Source: Acidobacteriota bacterium
Lineage (GTDB): Bacteria > Acidobacteriota > Vicinamibacteria > Marinacidobacterales > Marinacidobacteraceae
Direction of reading: 5' to 3'
DNA: 64,000 bases
NCBI GenBank assembly: GCA_022826195.1
Contig: JAJDVI010000094.1
Span: 70,714-134,713, forward strand
In this document: positions 42,327 to 52,292 of the stretch, one piece after another
Position numbering within the stretch: the stretch's first letter is position 1
Layout: every line of letters starts with the position of its first letter
Program-made: the position numbers and the translations under genes
The notes under the pieces: generated by a model
Seen by the model: only the letters and a program-made list of their open reading frames with translations
What the model was told of the DNA's origin: nothing
Database searches by the model: none

Positions 42327-44450
42327 ATGCCTGACAAACGATCCAGGACGATCACCGCGTACGAGGAGAAACGGGATTTCGGACGGACACCCGAACCCCC
42401 CGCGGGAGGCGCGGCGGACGCCGGGCCGCCCGGAGGCCGCCGCTTCGTGGTTCACCGCCACGAGGCGCGCCGCCTCCACTACGACCTGAGGCTCGAGATG
42501 CACGGAGTCCTCCGTTCCTGGGCAGTCCCGCGAGGCTTTTCCTACGACCCCGAGGTGAAGAAGCTCGCGGTCCGGACCGAGGACCACCCGCTGGCCTACA
42601 CGCACTTCGAGGGGGTGATTCCCGAGGGCGAGTACGGCGGCGGCACCATGGGCATCTGGGACCGGGGTACCTACGAGATCACCGAAGGGGGCGAGGACCA
42701 GGGAGCCGCCGGCGTGGAAGCCGGGAAGCTCGTGATCCGGCTGGCCGGCCGCAAGCTGCGCGGGGCCTGGCACATGGTGAAGACGAAGCGGGGCCCGGAC
42801 GAATGGCTGCTGTTCAAGGGGCGCGACCGGTACGCGCGGGACGACGCCGAGCGGCAACCCTTCTTCGACCTGAAAGGCGCCAGGCCCTGGACCGGGGAAC
42901 CCGGCCCGGTCCCGGTGGTCCCCGACGGCGAGCGGGAGCCCTTCACCGACCAGGACTGGATCTTCGAGCCGCAACTCCAGGGCATTTCCGTCTTCCTCGA
43001 ACGCTCCGGGGCGGAGCTTCAGCTGACGCGCGGAGACGACGGAGCCCCGCTCGATCTGCCGGAGGTCGTGGCCGAGGCCGAAGCGGTTCGCGCGGAGGCG
43101 TTCCTCGCGGGCGGCACGCTCGTCAGCACGGACGAGGCGGAAAGGCCCTCACCCGAGCGCCTCGCGGCGCGGCTCGACGGCGATCCGTCGATCCCGGTCT
43201 CGCTCTACCTGAACGACCTGCTCCGCTACGAGGAATGGGACATCCGCGACGTCCCGCTGCTCGAACGGAAAGAACTGCTTTCGACCCTGCTGCCGCCGGG
43301 CAAGACCCTTCTCTTCGGGGACCACGTTGCCGTCCGCGGAGAGGAGTTCCACGCGGCCTGCGAGGCGGCGGGGCTGCCGGGGACCGTCGCGCGGCGCGGC
43401 GGCGCGGCCTATCCGGCGGCCGGGACTCCCCCCGGCGGGCCGGCCGCCCCTCCGGACTGCCTGCGCATCCCTGCCCGCGGTGCCCGAGCCCCGGACCCCT
43501 CCGAGCACCTCCTCGCGGGTCTCTCGCGCCAGCGGGCGGTGCGGGAATCCGCGCAGCCGCTCCACTTCACGAACCTCGACAAGGTGTTCTGGCCCGATCA
43601 CGGGTACACCAAGGGGGACCTGATCCGCTACTACGACCGGGTCGCCGAACACCTGCTCCCGTATCTGCATGAGCGGCCGTCGCACCTGCTCCGCTACCCC
43701 GACGGCGTGGGGGGCAAGGCCTTCTACCAGAAGGACCTGCCGGATCACACGCCGGACTGGATCGTCAGCGAAGAGATCCCTTCGGGACACCGGGGCGAGA
43801 CCATCCGCTACCTCGTCGTGAACGACGCGGCGGCGCTCCTCTACGCCGCGAACCTGGGCAGCATCGACATCCACCCCTGGCTCTCGCGCCGAACCCGCCG
43901 GGACACGCCCGACTGGGCGGTCTTCGACCTCGATCCCGGCGGCGGCCCGTTCAGCGACGTGATGCGTCTCGCCCGGGCGTTCGGCAAGGTGCTCCGCGGG
44001 ATCGGGCTCCGCCCCTACCTGAAGACCTCGGGCGCCACCGGACTGCACATCTACGTACCCCTGGAACCGGTGTATCCCTACGACGTGGTCCGGCAGTTCG
44101 CGGAGGCCGTCTCCACGCACGTCGCCGGCGAGCACCGGGACATCGCGACCGTCGAACGGACCACCTCCCGGCGGCGAGGACGCGTCTATCTCGACTTCCT
44201 GCAGAACCGGCGCGGACAGACCGTGGTCCCCCCGTACGCCGCCCGTCCCGTACCCGCGGCGTCGGTCTCGACCCCGCTGGATTGGGACGAACTCGACGCG
44301 GACCTCCATCCCGGGCGCTTCACCATCGCCAGCCTGCCCGAGCGGCTCGACCGGCTCGGGGACCTGTTCGCCGGCACCCTCCACGATCGCCAGCCGCTCC
44401 TCCCGGCGATCCGGAAGTTTCAGGAGCGCTATCTGCGCAAGTCAGACTGA
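42327..44450 (+). CDS. LigD-like NHEJ protein: 3'-phosphoesterase plus degenerate ligase remnant plus polymerase/primase
   Basis: The PE domain is RRFVVHRHEARRLHYDLRLE...WDRGTYEI. The Pol domain is HFTNLDKVFWP...YLVVNDAAALLYAANLGSIDIHPW...KTSGATGLHIYVPL. The middle region aligns to ligase motif I, but the catalytic Lys is replaced (EPQLQG instead of EIKxDGxR). Confidence 0.75.
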   Translation: MPDKRSRTITAYEEKRDFGRTPEPPAGGAADAGPPGGRRFVVHRHEARRLHYDLRLEMHGVLRSWAVPRGFSYDPEVKKLAVRTEDHPLAYTHFEGVIPEGEYGGGTMGIWDRGTYEITEGGEDQGAAGVEAGKLVIRLAGRKLRGAWHMVKTKRGPDEWLLFKGRDRYARDDAERQPFFDLKGARPWTGEPGPVPVVPDGEREPFTDQDWIFEPQLQGISVFLERSGAELQLTRGDDGAPLDLPEVVAEAEAVRAEAFLAGGTLVSTDEAERPSPERLAARLDGDPSIPVSLYLNDLLRYEEWDIRDVPLLERKELLSTLLPPGKTLLFGDHVAVRGEEFHAACEAAGLPGTVARRGGAAYPAAGTPPGGPAAPPDCLRIPARGARAPDPSEHLLAGLSRQRAVRESAQPLHFTNLDKVFWPDHGYTKGDLIRYYDRVAEHLLPYLHERPSHLLRYPDGVGGKAFYQKDLPDHTPDWIVSEEIPSGHRGETIRYLVVNDAAALLYAANLGSIDIHPWLSRRTRRDTPDWAVFDLDPGGGPFSDVMRLARAFGKVLRGIGLRPYLKTSGATGLHIYVPLEPVYPYDVVRQFAEAVSTHVAGEHRDIATVERTTSRRRGRVYLDFLQNRRGQTVVPPYAARPVPAASVSTPLDWDELDADLHPGRFTIASLPERLDRLGDLFAGTLHDRQPLLPAIRKFQERYLRKSD

Positions 44451-45725
44451 AGCGGTCCGGACGTCCACCATCGCGCCGAGCGAGCGCAGCTTCGCCGGCA
44501 GGTCGGAATACCCGCGCTGCACGGTCTCGAGCGGAGTGATCCGGCTCTCGCCGGAAGCGGCGAGCGCCGCCGCGATGAGCGCCATCCCCGAGCGGATGTC
44601 ACGGGCGTCGAGGTCCCTTCCCCGCAGCCGGCTGGGGCCCGTGACGATGACGCGGTGAGGATCGCAGAGGAACATGTCCGCTCCCATCCCGATCAACTGT
44701 TCGAGGGAGAAGAGGCGGAGTTCGTACATCCAGTCGTGGACGAGCGTCGCACCTGCCGCCGCCGTCGCCAGCACCGTCGTGAGACTCACCATGTCGCTCG
44801 GGAAGCCCGGCCACGGCGCGGTGGTGATGCGCCGGACCGCGTGCAACCGCGACGGCTCCACCAGGAGGCGATCCTCTCCTTGCCGGAGCGCCACGCCGAG
44901 ACGCCGCAGGACCGCGGTGATCGGCTCCAGGTCCACGGCCCGGGCTCCCCGGATCTCCACCGTTCCCCCGGTCATTGCCGCCAACGCCGCCCAGCTCCCG
45001 GCCTCCACGAAGTCTCCCGCGAGCGTCCACGAGGCGCCTCGCCGCCGGCGGCTCCCGGCCACTCGCAGGGTCGGAGTGCCGGCGCCCTCGACCTGGATTC
45101 CCATCCGCTGAAGGAAACCGCAGAGCTCGACGACGTGCGGCTCGCAGGCCGCGTGGCGGATCTCGGAGACGCCGTCCGCGCCGGCGGCGGCCAAAAGGGC
45201 GGTCTCCGTCCCCGTGACGGACGCCTCCTCGAGATAGAACGAGGCGCCGCGCAGGCCGTCCGGCGCCTCGAGCAGCCGGCCCGGTCCCTCGACCTCCCGC
45301 ACCCCCAGGGCGCCGAGCGCGGCCAGGTGGACGTCAAAGCCCCGGCGTCCCGCGAAGTCTCCCCCCGGCTCCCCCATCTGCACCCGGCCGCGGCGCGCCA
45401 GGAGGGGCGCCGCGAGCAGCACCGAGCCGCGGAGCCGTCCCACCCCCGCGGGGTCGGGCTCCTCGCTGCGCAGATCCGCCGCGCGGACCCGCACCCGGTC
45501 GGTCCCGACCCCCTCGATTTCGGCCCCCAGGCCCTCGAGCACGCCGGCCATGGTGGCGGCGTCCCGAATACCGGGCATGTTGTTCAGCTCGCACCACTCG
45601 TCGGTGAGCAGGCAGGCGGCGAGGAGCGGCAGCGCCGCGTTCTTGTTCCCCTCCACCTGCACCCGCCCCTCGAGCCGGGCGCCTCCCTCGACGACCAGGG
45701 TGGTCGGCGGCGCCTCCCGGCTCAC
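44442..45725 (-). CDS. murA: UDP-N-acetylglucosamine 1-carboxyvinyltransferase
   Basis: EPSP-synthase-fold MurA (GNKNAALPLLAA...). The GTG start at 45725 overlaps the murB stop as GTGA. The ORF-table 630-aa call is an upstream run-on. Confidence 0.85.
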   Translation of the reverse strand: MSREAPPTTLVVEGGARLEGRVQVEGNKNAALPLLAACLLTDEWCELNNMPGIRDAATMAGVLEGLGAEIEGVGTDRVRVRAADLRSEEPDPAGVGRLRGSVLLAAPLLARRGRVQMGEPGGDFAGRRGFDVHLAALGALGVREVEGPGRLLEAPDGLRGASFYLEEASVTGTETALLAAAGADGVSEIRHAACEPHVVELCGFLQRMGIQVEGAGTPTLRVAGSRRRRGASWTLAGDFVEAGSWAALAAMTGGTVEIRGARAVDLEPITAVLRRLGVALRQGEDRLLVEPSRLHAVRRITTAPWPGFPSDMVSLTTVLATAAAGATLVHDWMYELRLFSLEQLIGMGADMFLCDPHRVIVTGPSRLRGRDLDARDIRSGMALIAAALAASGESRITPLETVQRGYSDLPAKLRSLGAMVDVRTASV

Positions 45726-46654
45726 GACGGGAAGTCTCCCAGCAGGACCAGTTCGGGCACCAACCGCACACCGAAAGCCGCGGCCACCGCCGCCTGGCAC
45801 CGTCCGAGCAGCCGATGCACGTCGGCCGCGGTGGCGCCCGGTCCCGCGGTCAGGAAGTTCGCATGGACCTCGGACACCCGGGCGCCGCCGACCCGGGCGC
45901 CCTTCATGCCGGCTCGATCGAGCAGGGCTCCGGCGGCGCAGGGGACGTCGGGCGGGAGGGAAGCCTCCCCGGGGTCCGGGTTTCGGAAAGCGCAGCCGGC
46001 GCTCGGTTGGGCAAGCGGCTGCGTCCGTTTCCGGAACGCGAGGGACGCCCGCGCCCGCCGGCGCAGGACGGCCGGATCTTCCGGCTGAACCCCGAAGTCG
46101 GCGGAGAGCAGGACACGTCCCTGCCCCGCCAGGGCGGCGCCCCCCGGGCCGAACCCCGCGGCTTCGGCGCGGACCGTCTCGACCTTGCCCGCGTCGTCGA
46201 CGACCCGCAGGCCGGTCACCACTTCGCCCACCTCCCGGCCGCCGAAGTGAGCGTTCCCGTGGATCGCGCCCCCCACGGTGCCCGGCGTGCCCGCCCAGGA
46301 CTCCAGCGCGGCAAGCCCGCGCTGGATGCACCACCGAACGAGGCCGTTCACGGTCATTCCGGCGAAGGCCCGGACCGTCCGGCGGTCCACCTGCCGGGCT
46401 CCGCCCCCCTTCACCCGGATCACCGCGCCGCGAATCCCGTGATCGGAAACCAGCACGTTGGACCCTCCCCCGAGCAGCGTGGCCGGCAACCCACCCTTCC
46501 GCACCGCGGAGAGCGCCCCCAGGAGTTCCTCTTCGCTACCGGCCTCGATGAACCACTCGGCCGGTCCTCCGAGCCCGAGCGTCGTCAGCGGAGCGAGCGG
46601 GTGATTCGGCCGAAAGCGCCTTCCGTTGGGCAGCGGACCCGGTCCCGAGCCCAT
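45722..46654 (-). CDS. murB: UDP-N-acetylenolpyruvoylglucosamine reductase
   Basis: FAD-binding PCMH-type N-terminus (TTLGLGGPAEWF...LLGGGSNVLV) and a MurB C-terminal domain. Confidence 0.85.
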   Translation of the reverse strand: MGSGPGPLPNGRRFRPNHPLAPLTTLGLGGPAEWFIEAGSEEELLGALSAVRKGGLPATLLGGGSNVLVSDHGIRGAVIRVKGGGARQVDRRTVRAFAGMTVNGLVRWCIQRGLAALESWAGTPGTVGGAIHGNAHFGGREVGEVVTGLRVVDDAGKVETVRAEAAGFGPGGAALAGQGRVLLSADFGVQPEDPAVLRRRARASLAFRKRTQPLAQPSAGCAFRNPDPGEASLPPDVPCAAGALLDRAGMKGARVGGARVSEVHANFLTAGPGATAADVHRLLGRCQAAVAAAFGVRLVPELVLLGDFPS

Positions 46655-46685
46655 CGGGTGATCGCCGCCCGGGGGTACCCTGGGC

Positions 46686-48830
46686 TCAGCGGGGATCGCC
46701 GAGCCCCGCCAGGCGGTCCCGAACCCCCTGCTGGCCGGGATTCAGTTCCAGCGAGCGTTCGAACATCTCCCGCGCCCGTTCGGGTTCGCCAACCTGCTCG
46801 TGGCAGTCGCCCAGCGCGTTCAGGAGCGACGGGTCCGCCGGCCGCAGGGTGAGGGCATGCTCGAGCCGCGGCAGCGCCTCGTCGCATTCCCCCCGAATGT
46901 AGTAGGCGAAGCCCACTCCCTCGGTCACGTCGATCTCGTTCGGGTAGTCCGCCTCGATCGGAAGCAGCAGATCGAGCGCCTCGTTCGCGTCCCCGGTGAA
47001 GAGCAGGGCGCTCGCCAGCTTCCAGCGCGCCATGGGCAGGTCCGGGTTCGCGGTGGCCTCCCGGAAGGCGACGGTGGCCTCCGGAATCCGTCCGTGGGCC
47101 ATGAACTGATCGCCGAGCGCCAGCGCGAGCAACCCGGGGAAATGGGTCGCGAAGGAACGGCGGACGATGAATCCGGGCCGGTCCACCGCCGCCCGCGGCG
47201 AGACCAGGAGCGGAGCGTCGCGGGATGCGATCACCTCGCCGGCGCCGTCGAGCAGTTCCGCCGTCACCCGATACCGTCCGGCGCCAAGCTCCGCCACCGG
47301 GAATTCCTCGATGGCGGGCGCATCCGCGCTGCCCGCCGCCACGGTCCGCTCCACGAGCGGACTCCCGGCAACCGGCTCCTCCTCGGCGACCCCCGCATCC
47401 GGAAAGATGCGAAAGCGGGTGCGATGCTCGTCGCGCGCGTTCACGGGCTGGGCGGCGACGGTCAGCAGGTCGCGGGAGGCGAAGGTCCCCCCGACGGACG
47501 GTTCCATCACGGTCGAGCCGAACTGAAAGGTCCCGAAGCGCAGACCCGAGAATTCCGGCTCCAGTTCGGTCCGGTAGGCCAGCACGAGATCGGCCAGACC
47601 CACGGAGGCGGCGCCGGTCGCGGGAACCCGGATCTCGGCGCTCGCCACCGTGTACTGCTGCGTGGCCCGGTTCCGGAGGATCACGCTCACCTCGTACTCC
47701 CCGGGGATCACCGGCAGGTTGTCCCGATAGGCGAACGGGCTGCGGCCCGCATCGCGCTGCTGGCTCTCGGTGAGCCGAATCTCCGGCTGGTTCCGCTGCA
47801 TGGCGACGAGTCGGCCTTCGAGGGTCCGCAACTCGAGGTCGATGTCGAGCGTCGTCTGGTACACGTTCTCGCGGTCGTCGAACTCGAGGGTGAAATCCTC
47901 CGGAGCGAGCTTCACGCTGTAGTGGATGAACGGGGTGTTCCGGGGCCCCAGCAACACCCGGAAGTCCCCCTCGCTCTTCACGTACCGGAACGAGTACTCG
48001 GCGGTCACCCGGTCGCCGTACCGGAGATACCCCTCGATCTCCTCGAGATCCACGATCTTGAGGGGAGACTCGGTGATGTCGATGAAGTTCTTGTCCACGC
48101 TCATCGAAGGCCGCACGGTGTCGAGCCGGGGGGCGATCGTGTTGGTGGCCGAAAGGAAGTCGGCGTGCGGGTCCGTGAGGTCCACCACCAGGCTGGCGCG
48201 CGCAAGGTCCAGGGAGACCATTTCGATGATGTCCACAGCGGCGTGCTGGCGGTTCCGGAGCAACTCTCCCCGGCGGACCAGCGCGTCGGGTCCGTCGGAC
48301 CAAGGGTGATAGAGCTCGTACTCGCCGATGTCCTCCCTCTTGAAGAACAGGAGATTGAAACGGGGAGGCAGTCCGAGCGAGGTGTCTCCCTGGTAGATCC
48401 AGAGATCGGCGCTCACGGTCTCGTTCCTTCCGTCGAACTGCTCCCGGGTGCGGGGTTCGCCGAGGATGATCCAGAAGCGGCCCCGGTCCGTCTGCCACCC
48501 CGGCCTCGGAGCGTCCCGCCCGAGAAACCGGTTGGCGTAGTCGAGCCGCTCGTAGTGCTCGATCCTGAACTCGTTTTCCTTCGTTGCCGGCACGGGGTCC
48601 CGCCGCTGCCAGAACGCTTCGATGAAGTGTTCCCGCTCCTCGAATCCCTCCACCCCGAGAAACACCTCCCGCTCGGCCTCGGTGATGATGTAGACCACCT
48701 CTTCCTCGAGCCACACCCGGTGCTCCTCGGGCAGGCGGTCCACCCGCTCGTCAGCTCCGGCGAGGGAGCCGGCCAGCAGCGCGAGTCCGGCGGACAACAT
48801 GAACGGCAGACGGTGACAGCGGGTTTTCAT
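46686..48830 (-). CDS. GWxTD-domain protein with C-terminal TPR repeats
   Basis: Signal peptide, a GWxTD motif (RPGWQTDRGRFWIILGEP) and a TPR tail. Confidence 0.7.
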   Translation of the reverse strand: MKTRCHRLPFMLSAGLALLAGSLAGADERVDRLPEEHRVWLEEEVVYIITEAEREVFLGVEGFEEREHFIEAFWQRRDPVPATKENEFRIEHYERLDYANRFLGRDAPRPGWQTDRGRFWIILGEPRTREQFDGRNETVSADLWIYQGDTSLGLPPRFNLLFFKREDIGEYELYHPWSDGPDALVRRGELLRNRQHAAVDIIEMVSLDLARASLVVDLTDPHADFLSATNTIAPRLDTVRPSMSVDKNFIDITESPLKIVDLEEIEGYLRYGDRVTAEYSFRYVKSEGDFRVLLGPRNTPFIHYSVKLAPEDFTLEFDDRENVYQTTLDIDLELRTLEGRLVAMQRNQPEIRLTESQQRDAGRSPFAYRDNLPVIPGEYEVSVILRNRATQQYTVASAEIRVPATGAASVGLADLVLAYRTELEPEFSGLRFGTFQFGSTVMEPSVGGTFASRDLLTVAAQPVNARDEHRTRFRIFPDAGVAEEEPVAGSPLVERTVAAGSADAPAIEEFPVAELGAGRYRVTAELLDGAGEVIASRDAPLLVSPRAAVDRPGFIVRRSFATHFPGLLALALGDQFMAHGRIPEATVAFREATANPDLPMARWKLASALLFTGDANEALDLLLPIEADYPNEIDVTEGVGFAYYIRGECDEALPRLEHALTLRPADPSLLNALGDCHEQVGEPERAREMFERSLELNPGQQGVRDRLAGLGDPR

Positions 48831-48978
48831 CGGCGGTGGCGAGGCTCCGGAGTGCGCGGAATCATGGATCGGCGCCCCTCACGAGTGAGCCTACCGCGCC
48901 GTCCGCGGGCGCCGCAACGGAACCGCCGGCCACCATCGCCGCGAGGCACACTAGAATCGCCGCCGGAGGGCTCATCCC

Positions 48979-49494
48979 ATGATCTACGTCTCCAGGTATC
49001 GACTCGTTTCCCTGCTCGCCGCCGCTCTGGCGGTCGCCGCGATCGCGCTCGCGCACAACCCGCGCGGCAAGGCCGAAGCCAGCTTCAACGGCAAGGCCGT
49101 CACCGTGGAGTACGGCCGGCCGAGCCTGAACGGGCGGGACATGCTCGGGCAGGCCACTCCCGGCATGGTGTGGCGGCTCGGTTCCGAGAACGCCACCACC
49201 ATCACCACCGAGGGCGACCTGATGATCGGCTCGCACATGGCGGCCGCCGGCGCCTACAGCCTCTTCGCGAAGAAGACCGACGACGGCTGGGACCTGCTGG
49301 TGAACAGCGAGACGGGACAGTCCGGCCTGGCGCACGACCCGGAGAAAGACCTCTTCAGCGCTCCGCTGAAGGTTGAAGCGACCGACGACTCCGCGGAGAT
49401 GTTCACGATCAGCCTCATGGCGGACGGGATGAACGGCACCCTCAAGATGCAGTGGGGGAGCACCGCGCTCGTCACCGACCTGATGATCCACTGA
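48979..49494 (+). CDS. DUF2911-like secreted protein
   Basis: Signal peptide followed by a ~150-aa domain resembling DUF2911; the family assignment is tentative. Confidence 0.45.
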   Translation: MIYVSRYRLVSLLAAALAVAAIALAHNPRGKAEASFNGKAVTVEYGRPSLNGRDMLGQATPGMVWRLGSENATTITTEGDLMIGSHMAAAGAYSLFAKKTDDGWDLLVNSETGQSGLAHDPEKDLFSAPLKVEATDDSAEMFTISLMADGMNGTLKMQWGSTALVTDLMIH

Positions 49495-49657
49495 CCAACG
49501 GTCCGACGGAACCATCTGGAGGGTTGCGGCGTATCCGCCGCACCGGATACTCTCCGTAGCGCAAATTCATGAAAGGCCACAGGGACGGGGACGTGCCCGT
49601 CGTGACTCGCCAGAAGCTCGTGACCGCCGAGCACCAACACGATCAGGGAGAACCCCG

Positions 49658-50851
49658 ATGAAATCCACGCGTCGCAGTTTCCTCAGTCTCGCGCCAGCCG
49701 GCGGCGGCAGCGCCGCTTCCCTCCATGCGATCAGCGCCCGGGGCCGGGAGGCCTGGGAAGCCGAGAACGGTTTCCGTGGCGCGCCGGTCTTCGTTCCGCC
49801 CCCCGAGGACGACGAAGTCCGGATCAGCAGCAACGAGAACCCTCTGGGTCCGGGCCCCTCCGCGGTGGCGGCGCTCCGCAGCGCCTACACCTCCATCATG
49901 CGCTATCCGATGAACGCCCAGATCAGCGGGACGGACCTCCGCGCGAAGATCGGGGAGATGTACGGGGCCAAGGCCGAGAACGTGACCCTTTCGGCCGGCT
50001 CCGGGGAGATCCTGCGGAACGCGGTCCGCGCCTACACCGGGCCGGACAAGGCGCTGGTCACCGCCGAGTGCTCCTACGAGAGCCCCGTCCGGACCGCCCG
50101 CTACTTCGGGGCTCCGGTCAAGGCCATCCCGATGAAGGGAGACCTCGGGCTCGATCTCGACAAGATGGCGGGCGCGGCGATCGGCGCCGGGCTCGTGTTT
50201 CTCTGCAACCCGAACAACCCCACCGGGACGGTGCATTCCATCGCCGACGTGACCGACTTCGTGCGGTTCGTCAAGAAGGAGTCGCCCTACACCGCCATCC
50301 TCCTCGACGAGGCCTACTACGACTACGTCGCCCACCCGGGCTTCGACACCGGCGCCCCGCTCGCCATGGAGTACCGTGACGTGTTCGTGGGGCGGACGTT
50401 CTCGAAGGCGTTCGGGATGGCCGGCCTCAGGATCGGCTACGGGTTCGGCCAGGCCGACACCATCGCGAAGATCGCGCCGCTGGCCCTCACGTTCGGCACT
50501 TCCGTGCTCTCCATCGCCGCGGCGATGGGGTCGCTCGAGGATCCGGACTACATCAAGAACGAGATCCAGCGGAACGAGGAAGCCCGCCGGTTCACCCACG
50601 ACTTCTTCTCGGGCCACGGCCTCGATCCGGTTCCCAGCAACACGAACTTCATCTTCGTGAACATCGGACGGCCGGCGAGCGAGTTCCGCGCCGCCTGCGC
50701 CGAGCGGGGCATCATGGTGGGGCGGGACTTCCCTCCCTACCAGGACACCCACGCCCGCATCTCGATCGGCACCCTCGAGGAGATGCAGCGCGCGACCGCG
50801 GTCTTCGCGGAAGTGCTCGGGCTCGCCACCGCCGATAACCAGCAGCAGTAA
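49658..50851 (+). CDS. Histidinol-phosphate aminotransferase-family (class I/II) PLP aminotransferase with Tat signal, paralog 1
   Basis: Tat motif KSTRRSFLSLAP and a HisC-like core (NENPLGP...LCNPNNPTG...SKAFGMAGLRIGY). Confidence 0.75.
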   Translation: MKSTRRSFLSLAPAGGGSAASLHAISARGREAWEAENGFRGAPVFVPPPEDDEVRISSNENPLGPGPSAVAALRSAYTSIMRYPMNAQISGTDLRAKIGEMYGAKAENVTLSAGSGEILRNAVRAYTGPDKALVTAECSYESPVRTARYFGAPVKAIPMKGDLGLDLDKMAGAAIGAGLVFLCNPNNPTGTVHSIADVTDFVRFVKKESPYTAILLDEAYYDYVAHPGFDTGAPLAMEYRDVFVGRTFSKAFGMAGLRIGYGFGQADTIAKIAPLALTFGTSVLSIAAAMGSLEDPDYIKNEIQRNEEARRFTHDFFSGHGLDPVPSNTNFIFVNIGRPASEFRAACAERGIMVGRDFPPYQDTHARISIGTLEEMQRATAVFAEVLGLATADNQQQ

Positions 50852-50896
50852 CCGCCGAAGAACCGCAATCCACCGCTACGAGGAGGTAGCCACCCC

Positions 50897-52072
50897 ATGC
50901 TCTCCCGCCGCAGTTTCCTGAGTCATGCCTCCGCCGGCGCCGCCGGCCTCTACGCCGCGACCTTCGTCCAGTCGCGACTCCGCGAGCAGTACGCGTTCGC
51001 CGCCCAGATGGGGATCGCCCCCGAAGAGGCGATCAACCTGGCGAACAACGAGAACTCGCTCGGCCCCGGCGAGTTCGTCATGGACGCTCTCGACTCGGTC
51101 ATCGGCCCCGAAGGCGTGATCGCCGGCCGCTATCCGTTCCGCTTCACCGGCCCGCTGCGGGAGGCGATCGCCGAGAAGTGGGGTGTGAAGACGGAGAACG
51201 TCCTCGTCGGCGCCGGCTCCACCCAGATCCTGGTGGACTGCACGCACCAGTACGCGAGCAAGGAGAAAGCGCTGGTCGGGTCCCTGCCGACCTACGAGGA
51301 ATGCTTCGGCTACGCGGCGCTGATGGGCTACCGGACCAAGGCGGTGCCGCTGACCGCCGACTTCAAGATGGATCTCGACCAGACGCTCCACGCCTGCAAG
51401 GGAAGCGGGATGCTGTTCTACTGCAACCCGAACAACCCGGTGGGGACGCTCGTGGACCCGTCCGAGGGCACGGATTTCCTGATGCGGGCGCTCGACGCCG
51501 AGAAGGACCTTCGCATCCTGGTGGATGAGGCCTACATCGACTACGTGACCACCCCCGGTCACGAGACGATGATCCCGGCGGCGATCCAGAACCCGCGCCT
51601 CATCGTGGCGCGCACCTTCTCGAAGGCCTACGGGATGGCCGGGCTGCGAGTCGGCTACGCGATCGCCCACGAGGACACCATCGCGGAACTCGACGAGTTC
51701 CACCTGGGCAACTCGGTCAGCACCCCGGCGCTGGTCGCCGCCAACGCCGCGCTCGAGCGCGACAAGGCGGACCCCGACTACCTCCCCAACGAGAAGAAGC
51801 GGAACGCCGAGGCGCGGGACTTCATCATCAAGTTCTTCGCCGACCGCGGCCTGAGCGCCACCGACGCCCAGACGAACTTCATCTTCGTGGACACCGGGAT
51901 GCCGATCGAGCAGTTCCAGGCGGCCTGCGCCGCGGAAGGCGTCCGCGTCGGGCGGCCCTTCCCGCCGCTGTGGACCCGCTGCCGCATCTCCATCGGCACG
52001 ATGGACGAGATGCAGCGCGGCGCCGCCAAGATGGCCACGGTCCTCGACGCCGCCCAGAAGCTGGCCGCGTAA
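50897..52072 (+). CDS. Histidinol-phosphate aminotransferase-family PLP aminotransferase with Tat signal, paralog 2
   Basis: Tat motif LSRRSFLSHASAGAAGLYA and a HisC-like core (NENSLGP...YCNPNNPVG...SKAYGMAGLRVGY). Confidence 0.75.
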   Translation: MLSRRSFLSHASAGAAGLYAATFVQSRLREQYAFAAQMGIAPEEAINLANNENSLGPGEFVMDALDSVIGPEGVIAGRYPFRFTGPLREAIAEKWGVKTENVLVGAGSTQILVDCTHQYASKEKALVGSLPTYEECFGYAALMGYRTKAVPLTADFKMDLDQTLHACKGSGMLFYCNPNNPVGTLVDPSEGTDFLMRALDAEKDLRILVDEAYIDYVTTPGHETMIPAAIQNPRLIVARTFSKAYGMAGLRVGYAIAHEDTIAELDEFHLGNSVSTPALVAANAALERDKADPDYLPNEKKRNAEARDFIIKFFADRGLSATDAQTNFIFVDTGMPIEQFQAACAAEGVRVGRPFPPLWTRCRISIGTMDEMQRGAAKMATVLDAAQKLAA

Positions 52073-52073
52073 C

Positions 52074-52125
52074 GGCCTGGAACGCCGGTCTCCAGACCGG
52101 CACCGCGGCGCTCCGCGCCGCGCAC
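52074..52125 (+). repeat. REP-like palindromic repeat copy (identical to the copy at 3283)
   Basis: Read directly; it follows the aminotransferase stop immediately. Confidence 0.8.
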
Positions 52126-52160
52126 GCCCTGAGGCCATCGGCGCCGGAAGGATCGATCCG

Positions 52161-52212
52161 TCGGCCTGGAGCGCCGGCTTCAGCCGGCACAGCGGCGGCG
52201 GAGCGCCGCGGG
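52161..52212 (+). repeat. Degenerate REP-like copy (GGCCTGGAGCGCCGGCTTCAGCCGGCACAGCGGCGGCGGAGCGCCGCGGGCG)
   Basis: About 70% identical to the consensus and in the same orientation; in tandem with the previous copy. Confidence 0.5.
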
Positions 52213-52292
52213 CGATTCATCGCCGCTTTCCCGCCGAGCCACTGGCAGGCGTAGTCCTCCCTCCCATACCCTGAACGGACAGGAGGCGACCC

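Noticed and set aside
44442-46334. 630-aa ORF for murA
   Set aside because: Homology to MurA begins at the GTG at 45725. The upstream 200 codons are a frame run-on that overlaps murB in another frame.
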